Shown here one piece after another: positions 26,574 through 36,727 of a stretch of 64,000 nt of DNA (positions within the stretch are counted from its first letter, which is position 1; every line of letters begins with the position of its first letter). The position numbers were made by a program, and so were the translations under genes. Source of the stretch: Nitrosopumilus sp. (lineage in GTDB: Archaea; Thermoproteota; Nitrososphaeria; Nitrososphaerales; Nitrosopumilaceae); contig OZ240211.1 of NCBI GenBank assembly GCA_965197525.1, forward strand, positions 928,001 to 992,000, given 5' to 3'. A model generated the notes under the pieces. That model was not told the origin of the DNA. It searched no databases and saw only the letters and a list, made by a program, of their open reading frames with translations.

Positions 26574-27995
26574 TCAAGAAGTCAGGATTTCAGCAACTAC
26601 TGGAATTACTTCCCATAGTGCAAGATAGTCTGGATGTTCTTCTTGTATTTCGGAAACTCTATCATCACTGTATAGGCCATGAATGTTTATTTTAGGATGA
26701 GCAATACTGTCTGCCCCCATTGGTGGGACAGCATCGCTTGGATTACCTAAAACATGTGCATATGATGCTACAGGCTCTTCGATGATTCCTGCTTCAACTA
26801 GAACTGGGTTCAAGCCAAATGGATCACCGGCTACAAATACTGAAGCTGCACCTGTATATAGTGCTGCATAGTCATGGTTTACTAGTGCATATGCACCTGG
26901 TTCATCAAATACCAAATCTACTATCATGTTCTGTGATCCTCCTAGTAGCCATGTTTCAGTGGCTGCAGATTGTACTCTGTTGCCTTGTGTAACTCTATCC
27001 AATATCTCTCCAACAATATGGAAGTATACTGGTTCGTTACCATGGTTTTCAGTAAAGATTCTCACGTGTTGATTAGTTTCAACAAACAAGAGTTGTGATT
27101 GGTACTGCTTGAGATCAAGTCCGTTCCATGGTTGTGCAACAAAGATGTTTCTATTGACATCCCCATTGACAAGTAAGTTGTGAGCCATGTTTGGTACATA
27201 ACCAAATGACATACCATTAACAACTGTTGCAGTGTTCTTATGTGCGAACATTGCTGTGGCATCATATGTGCCTTCAGGTGTTAGGTACAATTGGTTGTAT
27301 TGCATCTGGAACTCCAATGCATCTGCATCGTAGAACTTTCTATCTAGTTCACCGCTTCCGCTTGTCTTCTCAACCATTAATTTCTTGTATCCGTTTGCAG
27401 GATCAACAATTGCAATTCCGTACATGCCGGAAAATACGTGTTGGTCCATGCCAACTAGTTTGACACCAGAACAGTGATATTTGAAAACACCTGCGGCTTC
27501 AGCAATGTAACAATACTGACTTGTTTCACCAGGATTAACTGATTCAAAAGCGCTAGATGAGATTTGTGATGAGTGCATGTCGTTACCGTGTCCGGTAACT
27601 TCATCTGCTGGAATTTCTAGTGTCATTTTTACAACGTCGCCCTGAGTAACTCTCAGTGTAGGTCCTGGAACTTGTTCGTTAAAGACCATTGCGCTGAAAG
27701 TCTTGCCTCCCATGATTGGAAGTTCAATACTTTCGCCAACTAGGTTGAATTCAACTACGTTGCGTCCACTATTCTCCAATACACCACAATCAGTTTCTGC
27801 GAATGCCTGAGGCATTACAAGCTTTAAACCTCCCATTTGATGGATTTGTTCTAGTACATCGATATCCATTTCTTCGATATCAATGGACTGTCCAACAATC
27901 TGGGTTTGTGTATATGTGCTTCCGAATAAGGTAGCTCCCATTACAGCTACTGCCATAATTGTAAAGAGCATACTAACACGCTTATTCATGAACAA
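26574..27995 (-). CDS. nirK: Copper-containing nitrite reductase, thaumarchaeal type
   Basis: PGPTLRVTQGD, GHGNDMH, FKYHCSG...MDQH..SGMYG, FHIVGE, YALVNH. Confidence 0.93.
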   Translation of the reverse strand: MFMNKRVSMLFTIMAVAVMGATLFGSTYTQTQIVGQSIDIEEMDIDVLEQIHQMGGLKLVMPQAFAETDCGVLENSGRNVVEFNLVGESIELPIMGGKTFSAMVFNEQVPGPTLRVTQGDVVKMTLEIPADEVTGHGNDMHSSQISSSAFESVNPGETSQYCYIAEAAGVFKYHCSGVKLVGMDQHVFSGMYGIAIVDPANGYKKLMVEKTSGSGELDRKFYDADALEFQMQYNQLYLTPEGTYDATAMFAHKNTATVVNGMSFGYVPNMAHNLLVNGDVNRNIFVAQPWNGLDLKQYQSQLLFVETNQHVRIFTENHGNEPVYFHIVGEILDRVTQGNRVQSAATETWLLGGSQNMIVDLVFDEPGAYALVNHDYAALYTGAASVFVAGDPFGLNPVLVEAGIIEEPVASYAHVLGNPSDAVPPMGADSIAHPKINIHGLYSDDRVSEIQEEHPDYLALWEVIPVVAEILTS

Positions 27996-28089
27996 AATGG
28001 CTTACAGTTCCTATATAATAATTGCCATTGATAAAGGTGTAATTTTATAAGAATGTCAAAAAAAGAAGAAATATTGAAGGATAAGAGGT

Positions 28090-29460
28090 GTGATTGTTAT
28101 GAAATTTAGATTAGATCAAGATTCGCTTGGAAAAGTCAAGGTTCCAGCTGACGCATATTATGGAGCGTTTACAGGGCGAGCCGTCAAACAGTATCATGTA
28201 ACAGGCAGTAAAAGTCATGAAAATTTGACAAGGGCGTTTGTAATGATAAAACGCTCTGCAGCAGTTGCAAACGTAAAGACGGGCGCCATTGATGCAAAGC
28301 GCGGGGATGCAATAGTGACGGCGTGTGACAAGATACTGGCTGGAAAATATATGGATCAGTTCGTCGTAGACATGATAAACTCGGGGGCAGGTACTGCATT
28401 TAACATGAATGCCAATGAGGTAGTTGCAAATGTAGCACTGGAGATACTGCACAAGAAGAGAGGCCAGTACGAGTTTCTACATCCAAATGATCACGTCAAC
28501 ATGTCGCAGTCAAGTAATGATACATATCCTACTGCGATGCATATTGCAATTCTGATGAATTTAAACGAGACAATTCCAGCTACAGATGTTTTAATAGAAT
28601 CGCTTGCCAAAAAAGCAAAGGAGTTTTCTGCATTCAAAAAAATTGGAAGAACACACCTTATGGATGCGTTGCCTGTAACACTGGGCGGGGAATTCCAAGC
28701 TTTTGTTACAGCAATAAAGAAAGCGCAAAGCGGTATAGTACAATCACAAAAGGAGTTACAACATGTTGCTTTAGGCGGTACGGCTGTGGGCACGGGCGCC
28801 AATACACCAAAAGGTTATAGAAAGATTGCAATATCAGAATTAGGAAAGATATCAGGATTGCAGCTAAAACCAGAAAAAGATATGCAATATAGTTTGCAAA
28901 GCAAATTCGCAATAACTAATCTATCAGGTGCGTTACGAAATCTGGCATTAGAGATAGGAAAGATTGCAAATGATATCAGACTAATGGCCTCAGGCCCGAT
29001 TGCAGGATTGGCAGAACTAGGAATTCCTGCAGTACATGCGGGATCATCTATTATGCCAGGAAAAGTAAACCCGTCTTTGGCAGAATGTATGAACATGATA
29101 TGTTTTAATATTATCGGAAATGATACGGCAGTCTCCTTGGCAGGGCAGGCAGGGCAGCTTGAGCTAAATGTCATGCTGCCAGGTATGCTAAAGTGCATAC
29201 TAGAGTCTACTGACATGCTAAAAAACTTTTTGCCAATATTTGCGTTGAATCTAATCGACGGTTTAACTACAAACAAGGACAAATTACGAGCAGATATTGA
29301 GAACAGCCCGGTAATTGTCACGCTACTGACCCCAAAGATTGGATATCTCAAATCTGCAGAACTCTTCAAAGAGTCGCTAAAGACTGGAAAGACCATTAGA
29401 GAACTAGTTGTTTCAAAAGGGCTGATGAGTAACAAAGAAATTGATTCTTTATTTGAATAG
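28090..29460 (+). CDS. Class II fumarase / aspartate ammonia-lyase
   Basis: GSSIMPGKVNP signature; HPNDHVNMSQSSND; KIGRTHLMDA. Confidence 0.9.
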   Translation: MIVMKFRLDQDSLGKVKVPADAYYGAFTGRAVKQYHVTGSKSHENLTRAFVMIKRSAAVANVKTGAIDAKRGDAIVTACDKILAGKYMDQFVVDMINSGAGTAFNMNANEVVANVALEILHKKRGQYEFLHPNDHVNMSQSSNDTYPTAMHIAILMNLNETIPATDVLIESLAKKAKEFSAFKKIGRTHLMDALPVTLGGEFQAFVTAIKKAQSGIVQSQKELQHVALGGTAVGTGANTPKGYRKIAISELGKISGLQLKPEKDMQYSLQSKFAITNLSGALRNLALEIGKIANDIRLMASGPIAGLAELGIPAVHAGSSIMPGKVNPSLAECMNMICFNIIGNDTAVSLAGQAGQLELNVMLPGMLKCILESTDMLKNFLPIFALNLIDGLTTNKDKLRADIENSPVIVTLLTPKIGYLKSAELFKESLKTGKTIRELVVSKGLMSNKEIDSLFE

Positions 29461-29466
29461 AACGTA

Positions 29467-30735
29467 ATGGCCAAGATCTTTGTAGAAGCGTACGGGTGCT
29501 CTGCTAGCTTTGCAGATTCGGAGATGATCTCAGGGTTAATACAGAATGGAGGGCATGTTCTAGCAGATGATTCGGCAGACTCTGATTTAAACATCATAGT
29601 AACGTGCTCAGTCAAAGATGCAACTGCAAACAAGATGGTTAATAGAATAAAATCACTAAAAGCAAAACCGTTGGTCGTGGCAGGATGTCTGCCAAAAGCA
29701 GAGAGGGATAACGTAGAGAGATTCTCAGAGAATGCTAGTTTGTTGGGACCTAACTCACTAGGCAAAACGTTGCAAGTAGTTGATACTGCACTAAGAGGAG
29801 GAAAACAGATTGCGTTAGATGACTCAGATTTATCCAAAGTAGGGCTGCCAAAAGTCAGACTAAATCCAACGGTAGGGATTGTCGAGATTGCAAGTGGGTG
29901 TATGAGTGAATGTACATTTTGTCAGACGAAATTAGCCAAAGGAGATCTAACAAGTTATAGACTAGGGGATATTGTAAGACAGGTTCAAACTGAAGTTAGA
30001 GAGGGATGTAAAGAGATATGGTTAACGTCTACAGATAATGGATGCTATGGATTTGACATAGGAACTGACTTGCCAGCACTAGTAAATACAGTGGCAGATA
30101 TTCCAGACAAGTTTATGATCAGAGTAGGCATGATGAACCCAATGTATGTGCCAAGAATCAAAGAAGGATTGATTGAGTCTTTTGGCAATGACAAAGTCTT
30201 CAAATTTCTTCACGTTCCAGTACAAAGCGGAAATAACAAAGTATTACAAAATATGAAGAGAGGACATACATCTGAGACGTTTAGAAGAGTGGTAAAAGAC
30301 GTAAGAGAAAGATTTGGAGATTTTACCATCTCAACTGACGTTATAGTGGGCTTTCCATCAGAGACTGAAGATGATTTTCAAGATACGGTATCGCTACTTG
30401 CAGAAACAAGACCGGATGTGGTAAACCTGTCAAGGTATAGTGCAAGACCGGGAACAGATGCTGCAACATGGAAGCAGATTGACGTTGTAGAGATAAAGAG
30501 AAGAAGCAAAATAATTTTTGAGCAGATAAGCGAGATATCAGTAGAAAATAACAAAAGATGGCTAGGTTGGGAAGGCGAGGTGCTCTTTGATGAGAGAACC
30601 GAGGAAGGCATCAAAGGAAGAAACTTTGCATACAAGCCTGTATTTGTAAGAGAAGACGTAGACATAGGACAGGTGCACACAGTAAAGATTACCAATGTGT
30701 CTAAGAGTACGCTATCAGGTAAGATTACAAGCTAA
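29467..30735 (+). CDS. mtaB: tRNA t6A37 methylthiotransferase (MiaB-like radical SAM, archaeal type)
   Basis: YGC...., GC.SEC.FC, UPF0004 N-terminus, TRAM C-terminus. Confidence 0.85.
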   Translation: MAKIFVEAYGCSASFADSEMISGLIQNGGHVLADDSADSDLNIIVTCSVKDATANKMVNRIKSLKAKPLVVAGCLPKAERDNVERFSENASLLGPNSLGKTLQVVDTALRGGKQIALDDSDLSKVGLPKVRLNPTVGIVEIASGCMSECTFCQTKLAKGDLTSYRLGDIVRQVQTEVREGCKEIWLTSTDNGCYGFDIGTDLPALVNTVADIPDKFMIRVGMMNPMYVPRIKEGLIESFGNDKVFKFLHVPVQSGNNKVLQNMKRGHTSETFRRVVKDVRERFGDFTISTDVIVGFPSETEDDFQDTVSLLAETRPDVVNLSRYSARPGTDAATWKQIDVVEIKRRSKIIFEQISEISVENNKRWLGWEGEVLFDERTEEGIKGRNFAYKPVFVREDVDIGQVHTVKITNVSKSTLSGKITS

Positions 30736-30807
30736 ATTTTTTCAATCGACTATTTGACTAAAATAACGTTAGAAGGTTTTTTATCTAGATGATTAGCATA
30801 GTTAGTA

Positions 30808-31773
30808 ATGAACCTTCAAGAGCCAATTCTAGTAATAGGTTTAGGCGGGGTGTGCTCAAAGTTAGCAGCAAAGGCAAAAGACTCGCTAAAGTCAGACTGC
30901 CTGCTGATTAGTAATGATGCAAAAGATCTCATATCAGATAACAGTAATAATAATAATAGCTCATCTATTCACATATCAACAAAGCCGATAATCAATCCAT
31001 CTATACAGTTGATCAGAGGTTCAACTTTTAAGGTTGCAGACAAGATAGAATCAAAGATATCCGAATACTCTACAATTGTATTATTAGGTAATTTGGCAGG
31101 CAAGGCAGGAACAGCGATAGCACCCGTAGTATCAAAGATGTGTAAAGATGCAGGTAAAGGACTGATATCGTTTGTTATCATGCCTTTCAAATATGAAAAA
31201 GACAGAATCTTTAACTCGGGAGTAGCGCTCAAAAGAGTCAAAGAGTATTCCGAGTGTACAATAGTTTTGGACAATGATGCATTACTAGAGAGCAATCCAG
31301 ATCTTAGCCCCAAAGCATGTTACAATATTGCAAATTCTGCAATGATGCATGTTGTAGATTCATTTGGTTCATCAGAGATACCCAAGGAAACAAATATTCT
31401 TACTACTAGCAGAGATGACGAGGGTATCGAAGATTCACTCAGAGATTCACTAAAGATGTTATACGATAATGCTCCACCAAACTCAATTAAGCAATCAATG
31501 TTGCATATAGTCGGAGGAGATAATGTACCTACAAGAGTACTAAATTCAATTAATGATCTTACAAAGGGAGTTTTAAGCCAAAAAAGTAACTCACAGATTA
31601 ATACAGAGTCAACTACAAACGAGTCCAAGATTGTAATGCTATCATCTGTTCAAGGGACTACAAAATTTGATAGATATGATCCATTAGGAGTTATTCCACA
31701 AAAAGATACTCTTGACTGGGATACCCCAGATTGTAGTATTAATTGCGAACTAGATCTTTATCAATTAGAATAA
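30808..31773 (+). CDS. ftsZ: Divergent thaumarchaeal FtsZ/tubulin-family protein
   Basis: VIGLGG..S, LAGKAGTAIAP, MPFKYE, LDND; C-terminal YDPL..IP...LDWD.PD. Confidence 0.75.
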   Translation: MNLQEPILVIGLGGVCSKLAAKAKDSLKSDCLLISNDAKDLISDNSNNNNSSSIHISTKPIINPSIQLIRGSTFKVADKIESKISEYSTIVLLGNLAGKAGTAIAPVVSKMCKDAGKGLISFVIMPFKYEKDRIFNSGVALKRVKEYSECTIVLDNDALLESNPDLSPKACYNIANSAMMHVVDSFGSSEIPKETNILTTSRDDEGIEDSLRDSLKMLYDNAPPNSIKQSMLHIVGGDNVPTRVLNSINDLTKGVLSQKSNSQINTESTTNESKIVMLSSVQGTTKFDRYDPLGVIPQKDTLDWDTPDCSINCELDLYQLE

Positions 31774-31809
31774 AGGAATCGATAAAATTCAGACTTGTAA
31801 AAACGATAC

Positions 31810-32598
31810 TTATTGTTTAGCTGATGTGTCTCTAGTTTCAGAGGAGGTTTCTTCTTTTGTGGTTTTAGTATTATCGTCTGCAGGGGTTTCTTCTTTTGTG
31901 GTTTTAGTATTATCGTCTGCAGGGGTTTCTTCTTTTGTGGTTTTAGTATTATCGTCTGCAGGGGTTTCTTCTTTTGTGGTTTTAGTATTATCGTCTGCAG
32001 GGGTTTCTTCTTTTGTGGTTTTAGTATTATCGTCTGCAGGGGTTTCTTCTTTTGTGGTTTTAGTATTATCGTCTGCAGGGGTTTCTTCTTTTGTGGTTTT
32101 AGTATTATCGTCTGCAGGGGTCTCTTCGCTCTTGTCTTCTGATGCCTCGTTTTTCTTGTCTTCATCTTGTTCTTCTTCTTGCTCTTCGTCTTGTTCTTCT
32201 TCTTGCTCTTCTTCGTCTTTTGTTGTAGCTAGTTTATCATCTGCCGTATCTAGTTCCTCGGTATTTGCTGTAACAGATTCATCTACGGCTGCTTCTTTGT
32301 CAGTAGTATCTTTTTCTACAGTTTCATCCAAAACAACATCGTCATCATATCTAGAAACAATGACATGTCCTTCATCAGTTTTTTGCATTCTGACTCTTAC
32401 TTTTCGTGGAGGACGTCTAACACCTCTTGCCCAAATTTCATGAGCTAACTCTTCTTCGATTTTAATGGTTTCAACTTTCATATGATGACGAGCAAACTCT
32501 CTAATCATGTTAATTGCTCTAACAGCCCTATGTTGAGATTGAGAGATTAAGGCTTTGCCTAAATTAATCGTATAAACTCGTTCGACATCTTCAGACAT
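31810..32598 (-). CDS. rpl31e: 50S ribosomal protein L31e with long acidic repeat tail
   Basis: ERVYTINL, RA.RAI..IREF..HHMK, IW.RG...PPRKVRV; next to rpl39e. Confidence 0.93.
   Translation of the reverse strand: MSEDVERVYTINLGKALISQSQHRAVRAINMIREFARHHMKVETIKIEEELAHEIWARGVRRPPRKVRVRMQKTDEGHVIVSRYDDDVVLDETVEKDTTDKEAAVDESVTANTEELDTADDKLATTKDEEEQEEEQDEEQEEEQDEDKKNEASEDKSEETPADDNTKTTKEETPADDNTKTTKEETPADDNTKTTKEETPADDNTKTTKEETPADDNTKTTKEETPADDNTKTTKEETPADDNTKTTKEETSSETRDTSAKQ
31846..32118 (-). repeat. 7 x 39-bp perfect tandem repeat (EETPADDNTKTTK)
   Basis: Unit ggtttcttcttttgtggttttagtattatcgtctgcagg. Confidence 0.97.
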
Positions 32599-32602
32599 AT
32601 AA

Positions 32603-32761
32603 CTATCCTACCTCCACGTCAGTTGATCTCCAAGCCCTACGTTTTGGATTAGTTCGAACACCCCTCTTTGTTTTGAGAATAATCCACGCAGGTACAGGCG
32701 AGGCTTGTTTGGTTTTTTTAAGTAGACGTATCTTTCTTGAAGAGGGTTTACGTGCAGCCAT
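32603..32761 (-). CDS. rpl39e: 50S ribosomal protein L39e (not in ORF track)
   Basis: Hand translation MAARKPSSRKIRLLKKTKQASPVPAWIILKTKRGVRTNPKRRAWRSTDVEVG. Confidence 0.93.
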   Translation of the reverse strand: MAARKPSSRKIRLLKKTKQASPVPAWIILKTKRGVRTNPKRRAWRSTDVEVG

Positions 32762-32798
32762 AAAATTTGAGATGCGAAGAGCTCTTTTTAAATGAATC

Positions 32799-33347
32799 TC
32801 ATGTTTTTAAACGATTTTGAATTTGTTTTAAAATTCTAGCAGAAGCTCCCCAAACAATTTGATGATTATATTCAAAAGTGTACATTTCGTTGATAATGTT
32901 ATGGGTAGGATCTAAATCTTGAGTGCCAGTTTTTAAAAAAGATTCCAAAGGAATACGAAAGATGTCTTCAACTTCACAGTTAGCTACAAGTGTTGGAATT
33001 TCATCAATAACTGCAACAAATGGCAAGATCAGAAAACCAGAATTCAGTGTAACCACAGGCTCGAGTTGACCTATCACTTGCTCTTTAGGGATTACAAGTC
33101 CTATCTCTTCACGAGTCTCACGCAATGCAGTCTGCAATAGATCAGAATCTCTAGGATCTAACTTTCCACCCGGAAATGAAATTTCACCTGCATGAAATTT
33201 CATATATTTGGGTTTCTTAGTCATTACAACAAGTGGGTCTTTACCATAAATTATCACCAATACAGATGCCAAACGATATGAATTATCAGTTTTTACTGTT
33301 GGATTAACAGCAGTGGAGAGTACGGATTTTAATTCATCTAATAGCAT
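32799..33347 (-). CDS. Nudix hydrolase, CoA pyrophosphatase-like
   Basis: HAGEISFPGG, ALRETREEIG, VWGASA. Confidence 0.9.
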   Translation of the reverse strand: MLLDELKSVLSTAVNPTVKTDNSYRLASVLVIIYGKDPLVVMTKKPKYMKFHAGEISFPGGKLDPRDSDLLQTALRETREEIGLVIPKEQVIGQLEPVVTLNSGFLILPFVAVIDEIPTLVANCEVEDIFRIPLESFLKTGTQDLDPTHNIINEMYTFEYNHQIVWGASARILKQIQNRLKT

Positions 33348-33421
33348 GATAGTTCATAGGAATCATTACATATTGGTTTTAGTATTCAAAGGTTTTAACC
33401 AAGGATAAAAGAAATCAAAAT

Positions 33422-34159
33422 ATGACAATTAGATACGAGGCTAATCCACCTAAAATTTTATCTGGTGTTGACACAGATGAATCAATTCAAAAATTTGTAA
33501 AAAGAATACAGACCATTGTAAAAAAATGTGATGCGATACACTTGACTGAAAACGTACTGGGACATCAAAGGGTATCACCCATCAAAGTTGGGGAGATGAT
33601 TAAAAGAGAGATTCCAGATCTGCCGATCACTGTAAGCCTACGAGTCAGAGACAAAGACGAAGATGAGATTGTTAAATTTGTAGAAGAGTGTATTAGAATA
33701 AACTTTTCTGGAATTTTAGTATTGATGGGCGATCCATCACAGACAGGAAAACAAGATTCAGGTCAGATTCCAAGCAGTGTAGTTAAGAGATTGAAAGATA
33801 AAGGTTATGATTCAAAGATTGATCTATATCTATCAATCTCAAACAGACCTAACTTGGAAAAAGCTGCAAAAAAAATAAAAACAAATCCCAAAGGATTCAT
33901 GACACAAGTAGTTCAGAACATACAGCAAGTAAGAGATTTGTCAGAGAATCTCAAAGAGTTCAAAGTGATTCCCATTATACTATTTCCATCTAAAAAGAAT
34001 GAGAGATCAGCAAAATTTTTGAAGTTAGATTTGGACACATACAGTCAAAAATTTGAAGAATTTGTAAAAGAGATACATGATATTACAGGCGATATCATAA
34101 TAACATCGCCTAATGATTTTAGTGGGGTAGATGGATTTTTAGAAAGGCTGTCTATGTAG
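33422..34159 (+). CDS. Short methylenetetrahydrofolate reductase-like protein
   Basis: YEANPPK, LRVRD, LVLMGDP; adjacent to methionine synthase genes. Confidence 0.7.
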   Translation: MTIRYEANPPKILSGVDTDESIQKFVKRIQTIVKKCDAIHLTENVLGHQRVSPIKVGEMIKREIPDLPITVSLRVRDKDEDEIVKFVEECIRINFSGILVLMGDPSQTGKQDSGQIPSSVVKRLKDKGYDSKIDLYLSISNRPNLEKAAKKIKTNPKGFMTQVVQNIQQVRDLSENLKEFKVIPIILFPSKKNERSAKFLKLDLDTYSQKFEEFVKEIHDITGDIIITSPNDFSGVDGFLERLSM

Positions 34160-34192
34160 TGATGGCAATGAACTCAGATAATACAAAGACAG

Positions 34193-36703
34193 TTAGATTA
34201 CAAAATATTTGACTAGAGGGTGATGAACTACTATTGCTGCAGTAGACTGTTCAGGAATTATCTGTCCTGATTCGGCCAGTTTCATTCCAGATTTGTCAGG
34301 TTGTAGCAACTTCCACACGAGATGATGCTGTGTTACATCAGGACAGCTAGGAAATCCCCAGCTAAATCGCAGACCTCCTTGGGTTATGTTTAATTCAGAT
34401 TTAATCTTTTGATTTATCCATTCTGCAAGAGCTTCGGCTACCTCAACTGCTAATCCGTGTAGATAATACGCATCTGTATACTTGTCTTCTTTGTTCCATT
34501 GGTCAATAGTGTTAGTTATCTTTGTGCCTACAGTTACAGCCTGGAATGCAACGATGTCATCATCGCCAAAATAATCAGTCAGACATAGATGTTCGGATTT
34601 TGTAGAACGTGGAAACTCCAATTCTACGTCATCACCGAGAGGGTTCTCTACATGGAGTAGTCTGCCTTTGTTATGACATCTGAAATAGCCATAAACAATT
34701 TCAGGCTCAAACAACTCTTCTTGAATAATTCTGAGCTTCCATTCTTTGAGTAACTCTTCATGTTCTGTCTCAAGTTTAGAACCTGCTTTACCCCTCAAGC
34801 CCCAAGATAATTTGAAGAGAGATTTCTTATCAATTAATGTCCATACTTTGTCCATATCGATTTGATCAGATTTGAGACGTATTGGTTTGCCAAGTGTTTG
34901 AGGAGCAGATGAAATTACAGCTGGTTTGATGTCACTCCTAGGAAGAGTATCAGGATCTACTGCAACACTTGATTTATCTTGCCAATTCTCTAATTTCTTT
35001 CTCCAATCATCCAAAAGTGTTTGCCTTTGATCAGATAGCAAGGCATCCATTGTCTTTAAGCCCTCAAACATCGTGTTGCAATAAAACATACCAGATGTGT
35101 ATATTCCATCCTCTTTTGCTATTCTATTGATGTAGTTGCTGTTAATGGCAGCGCCTCCACAGAGAATTGGGATAGTCATCTTGTTGTTTCTTGCATGGTC
35201 TACAAACAGTTTCATCTGTTTTGATGTTACAACCAGTAATGCAGATAGTCCTACAGCATCAGGTTTGACTTGATCAATCTTATCAAGAAATTTCTGTAGT
35301 GGAACTTGTTTTCCCAAATCATAAACAGTGTAACCGTTGTTCTGAAAGATGGTCTTGACGAGATTTTTTCCAATGTCATGCACATCGCCGTAAACGGTAC
35401 CCAGAACAAGTGTTCCTTTGCTTGTTCCTTCCTCTTTTACCAGATACTTTTCTAGTTCACTGACTGCTGCCTTCATACATTCGGCAGATTTTAGGACAAA
35501 TGGCAAGATTAGTTCTCCTGCGCCAAATTTGTCACCTACCTCTTTCATGGCAGGAAGCAAGTCTTCATTGAGTGTTTGAATTGCGCCGTCGTGGGTAGCC
35601 TCGGGAGGAGCATCGATGGACAGGGCACCGTTATTATCATCTTGTACTGCCACATCATTGCCAAGCTTTTCTGCAATGGCTGACACGACATCATTTTCAA
35701 TGCCGTTTTTGAGCCTGTGCACGATTCTATAGTTTGCGCGCTTGCCTGCAGGCAAGGAAGGATCAACATATTCCTTCTTTTTCAAATCAGTTTTATCAGT
35801 AGTAGATGTATTCTCAAAATATGCAATCAAGTCAGATAAAGCATTAGTATGTGTGTTAAAGATCAGATCTTCTGCAAGCTTGCGTTCTTTTTTGTCAATC
35901 TCGCCATAAGGAATAATCTCTTTTGCATTTACAATTGCAGAATCAAGGCCTGATTTGACTGCATGGTACAAAAATGTCGAGTTTATGATTTTTCTAGCAG
36001 GTGGTGTTAGGCCAAAACTAATGTTGCTAAGACCCAATGTAGTAAAACAGTTGGGAAATTTTTCTTTAACGAGTTTGATTCCTTGCAGAGTATTGTTACC
36101 GGCGTCAAGAAATTCTTCTTCTCCTGTAGCTAGAGTAAATGTAAGAACATCAAAGATGAATTGTTCAATCTTTAATCCATATTTTTTTCCAGTCTCATAA
36201 AGAAGCTCGGCAGTTTCTAATTTCTGCTGAGGAGTTTTGGCCATACCATCAGGTCCAATGCATAATGCAATTGCAGGTAAGCCGTATTTTGCCATTAGAG
36301 GAGCTAACTGCGCAAACTTACTGCCGTCTCCTTCAAGATTAATAGAGTTGATTATGGGTCTGCCGGGAATCTGAGTTACAGTAGATCGAATCACCTCAGG
36401 ATCAGTAGAGTCAATTACAAGAGGGGCGCTAATTATCAGACTCAGTTTTTTAACCAGAGTCAACATAAACTCACGCTCATCTGCACGTTCAGTAGTTGCA
36501 ACACAGACATCAAGACAATGAGCACCGTCATCCTCAACTTGAACTCTTGCCAGATCAACTAGTCCGTCATAATCGTCAGCTAAGACTAGGTTCTTTGCCT
36601 TACGGGAGCCTTGGGTATTAAGCCGTTCTCCAATAATTAATGGCGGAGGAATCTGTTTTAGATCAACTGCATTTAATGCAGAACTTACTCGCGGAGTCTT
36701 CAA
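34193..36703 (-). CDS. metH: Cobalamin-dependent methionine synthase: pterin-binding, B12-binding and activation domains
   Basis: IIGERLN..GS, GDVHDIGKNLV, RFSWGFPSCPD, PEQSTAA.V.HHP. Confidence 0.93.
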   Translation of the reverse strand: MKTPRVSSALNAVDLKQIPPPLIIGERLNTQGSRKAKNLVLADDYDGLVDLARVQVEDDGAHCLDVCVATTERADEREFMLTLVKKLSLIISAPLVIDSTDPEVIRSTVTQIPGRPIINSINLEGDGSKFAQLAPLMAKYGLPAIALCIGPDGMAKTPQQKLETAELLYETGKKYGLKIEQFIFDVLTFTLATGEEEFLDAGNNTLQGIKLVKEKFPNCFTTLGLSNISFGLTPPARKIINSTFLYHAVKSGLDSAIVNAKEIIPYGEIDKKERKLAEDLIFNTHTNALSDLIAYFENTSTTDKTDLKKKEYVDPSLPAGKRANYRIVHRLKNGIENDVVSAIAEKLGNDVAVQDDNNGALSIDAPPEATHDGAIQTLNEDLLPAMKEVGDKFGAGELILPFVLKSAECMKAAVSELEKYLVKEEGTSKGTLVLGTVYGDVHDIGKNLVKTIFQNNGYTVYDLGKQVPLQKFLDKIDQVKPDAVGLSALLVVTSKQMKLFVDHARNNKMTIPILCGGAAINSNYINRIAKEDGIYTSGMFYCNTMFEGLKTMDALLSDQRQTLLDDWRKKLENWQDKSSVAVDPDTLPRSDIKPAVISSAPQTLGKPIRLKSDQIDMDKVWTLIDKKSLFKLSWGLRGKAGSKLETEHEELLKEWKLRIIQEELFEPEIVYGYFRCHNKGRLLHVENPLGDDVELEFPRSTKSEHLCLTDYFGDDDIVAFQAVTVGTKITNTIDQWNKEDKYTDAYYLHGLAVEVAEALAEWINQKIKSELNITQGGLRFSWGFPSCPDVTQHHLVWKLLQPDKSGMKLAESGQIIPEQSTAAIVVHHPLVKYFVI

Positions 36704-36727
36704 TACTATAAAATCACACCCATTCGT

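Noticed and set aside
28815-29837. 340-aa antisense ORF over the fumarase and methylthiotransferase genes
   Set aside because: Overlaps two well-supported sense genes and has no family motifs.
31846-32118. 39-bp repeat array as a CRISPR
   Set aside because: Units are directly adjacent with no spacers and lie in frame within rpl31e.
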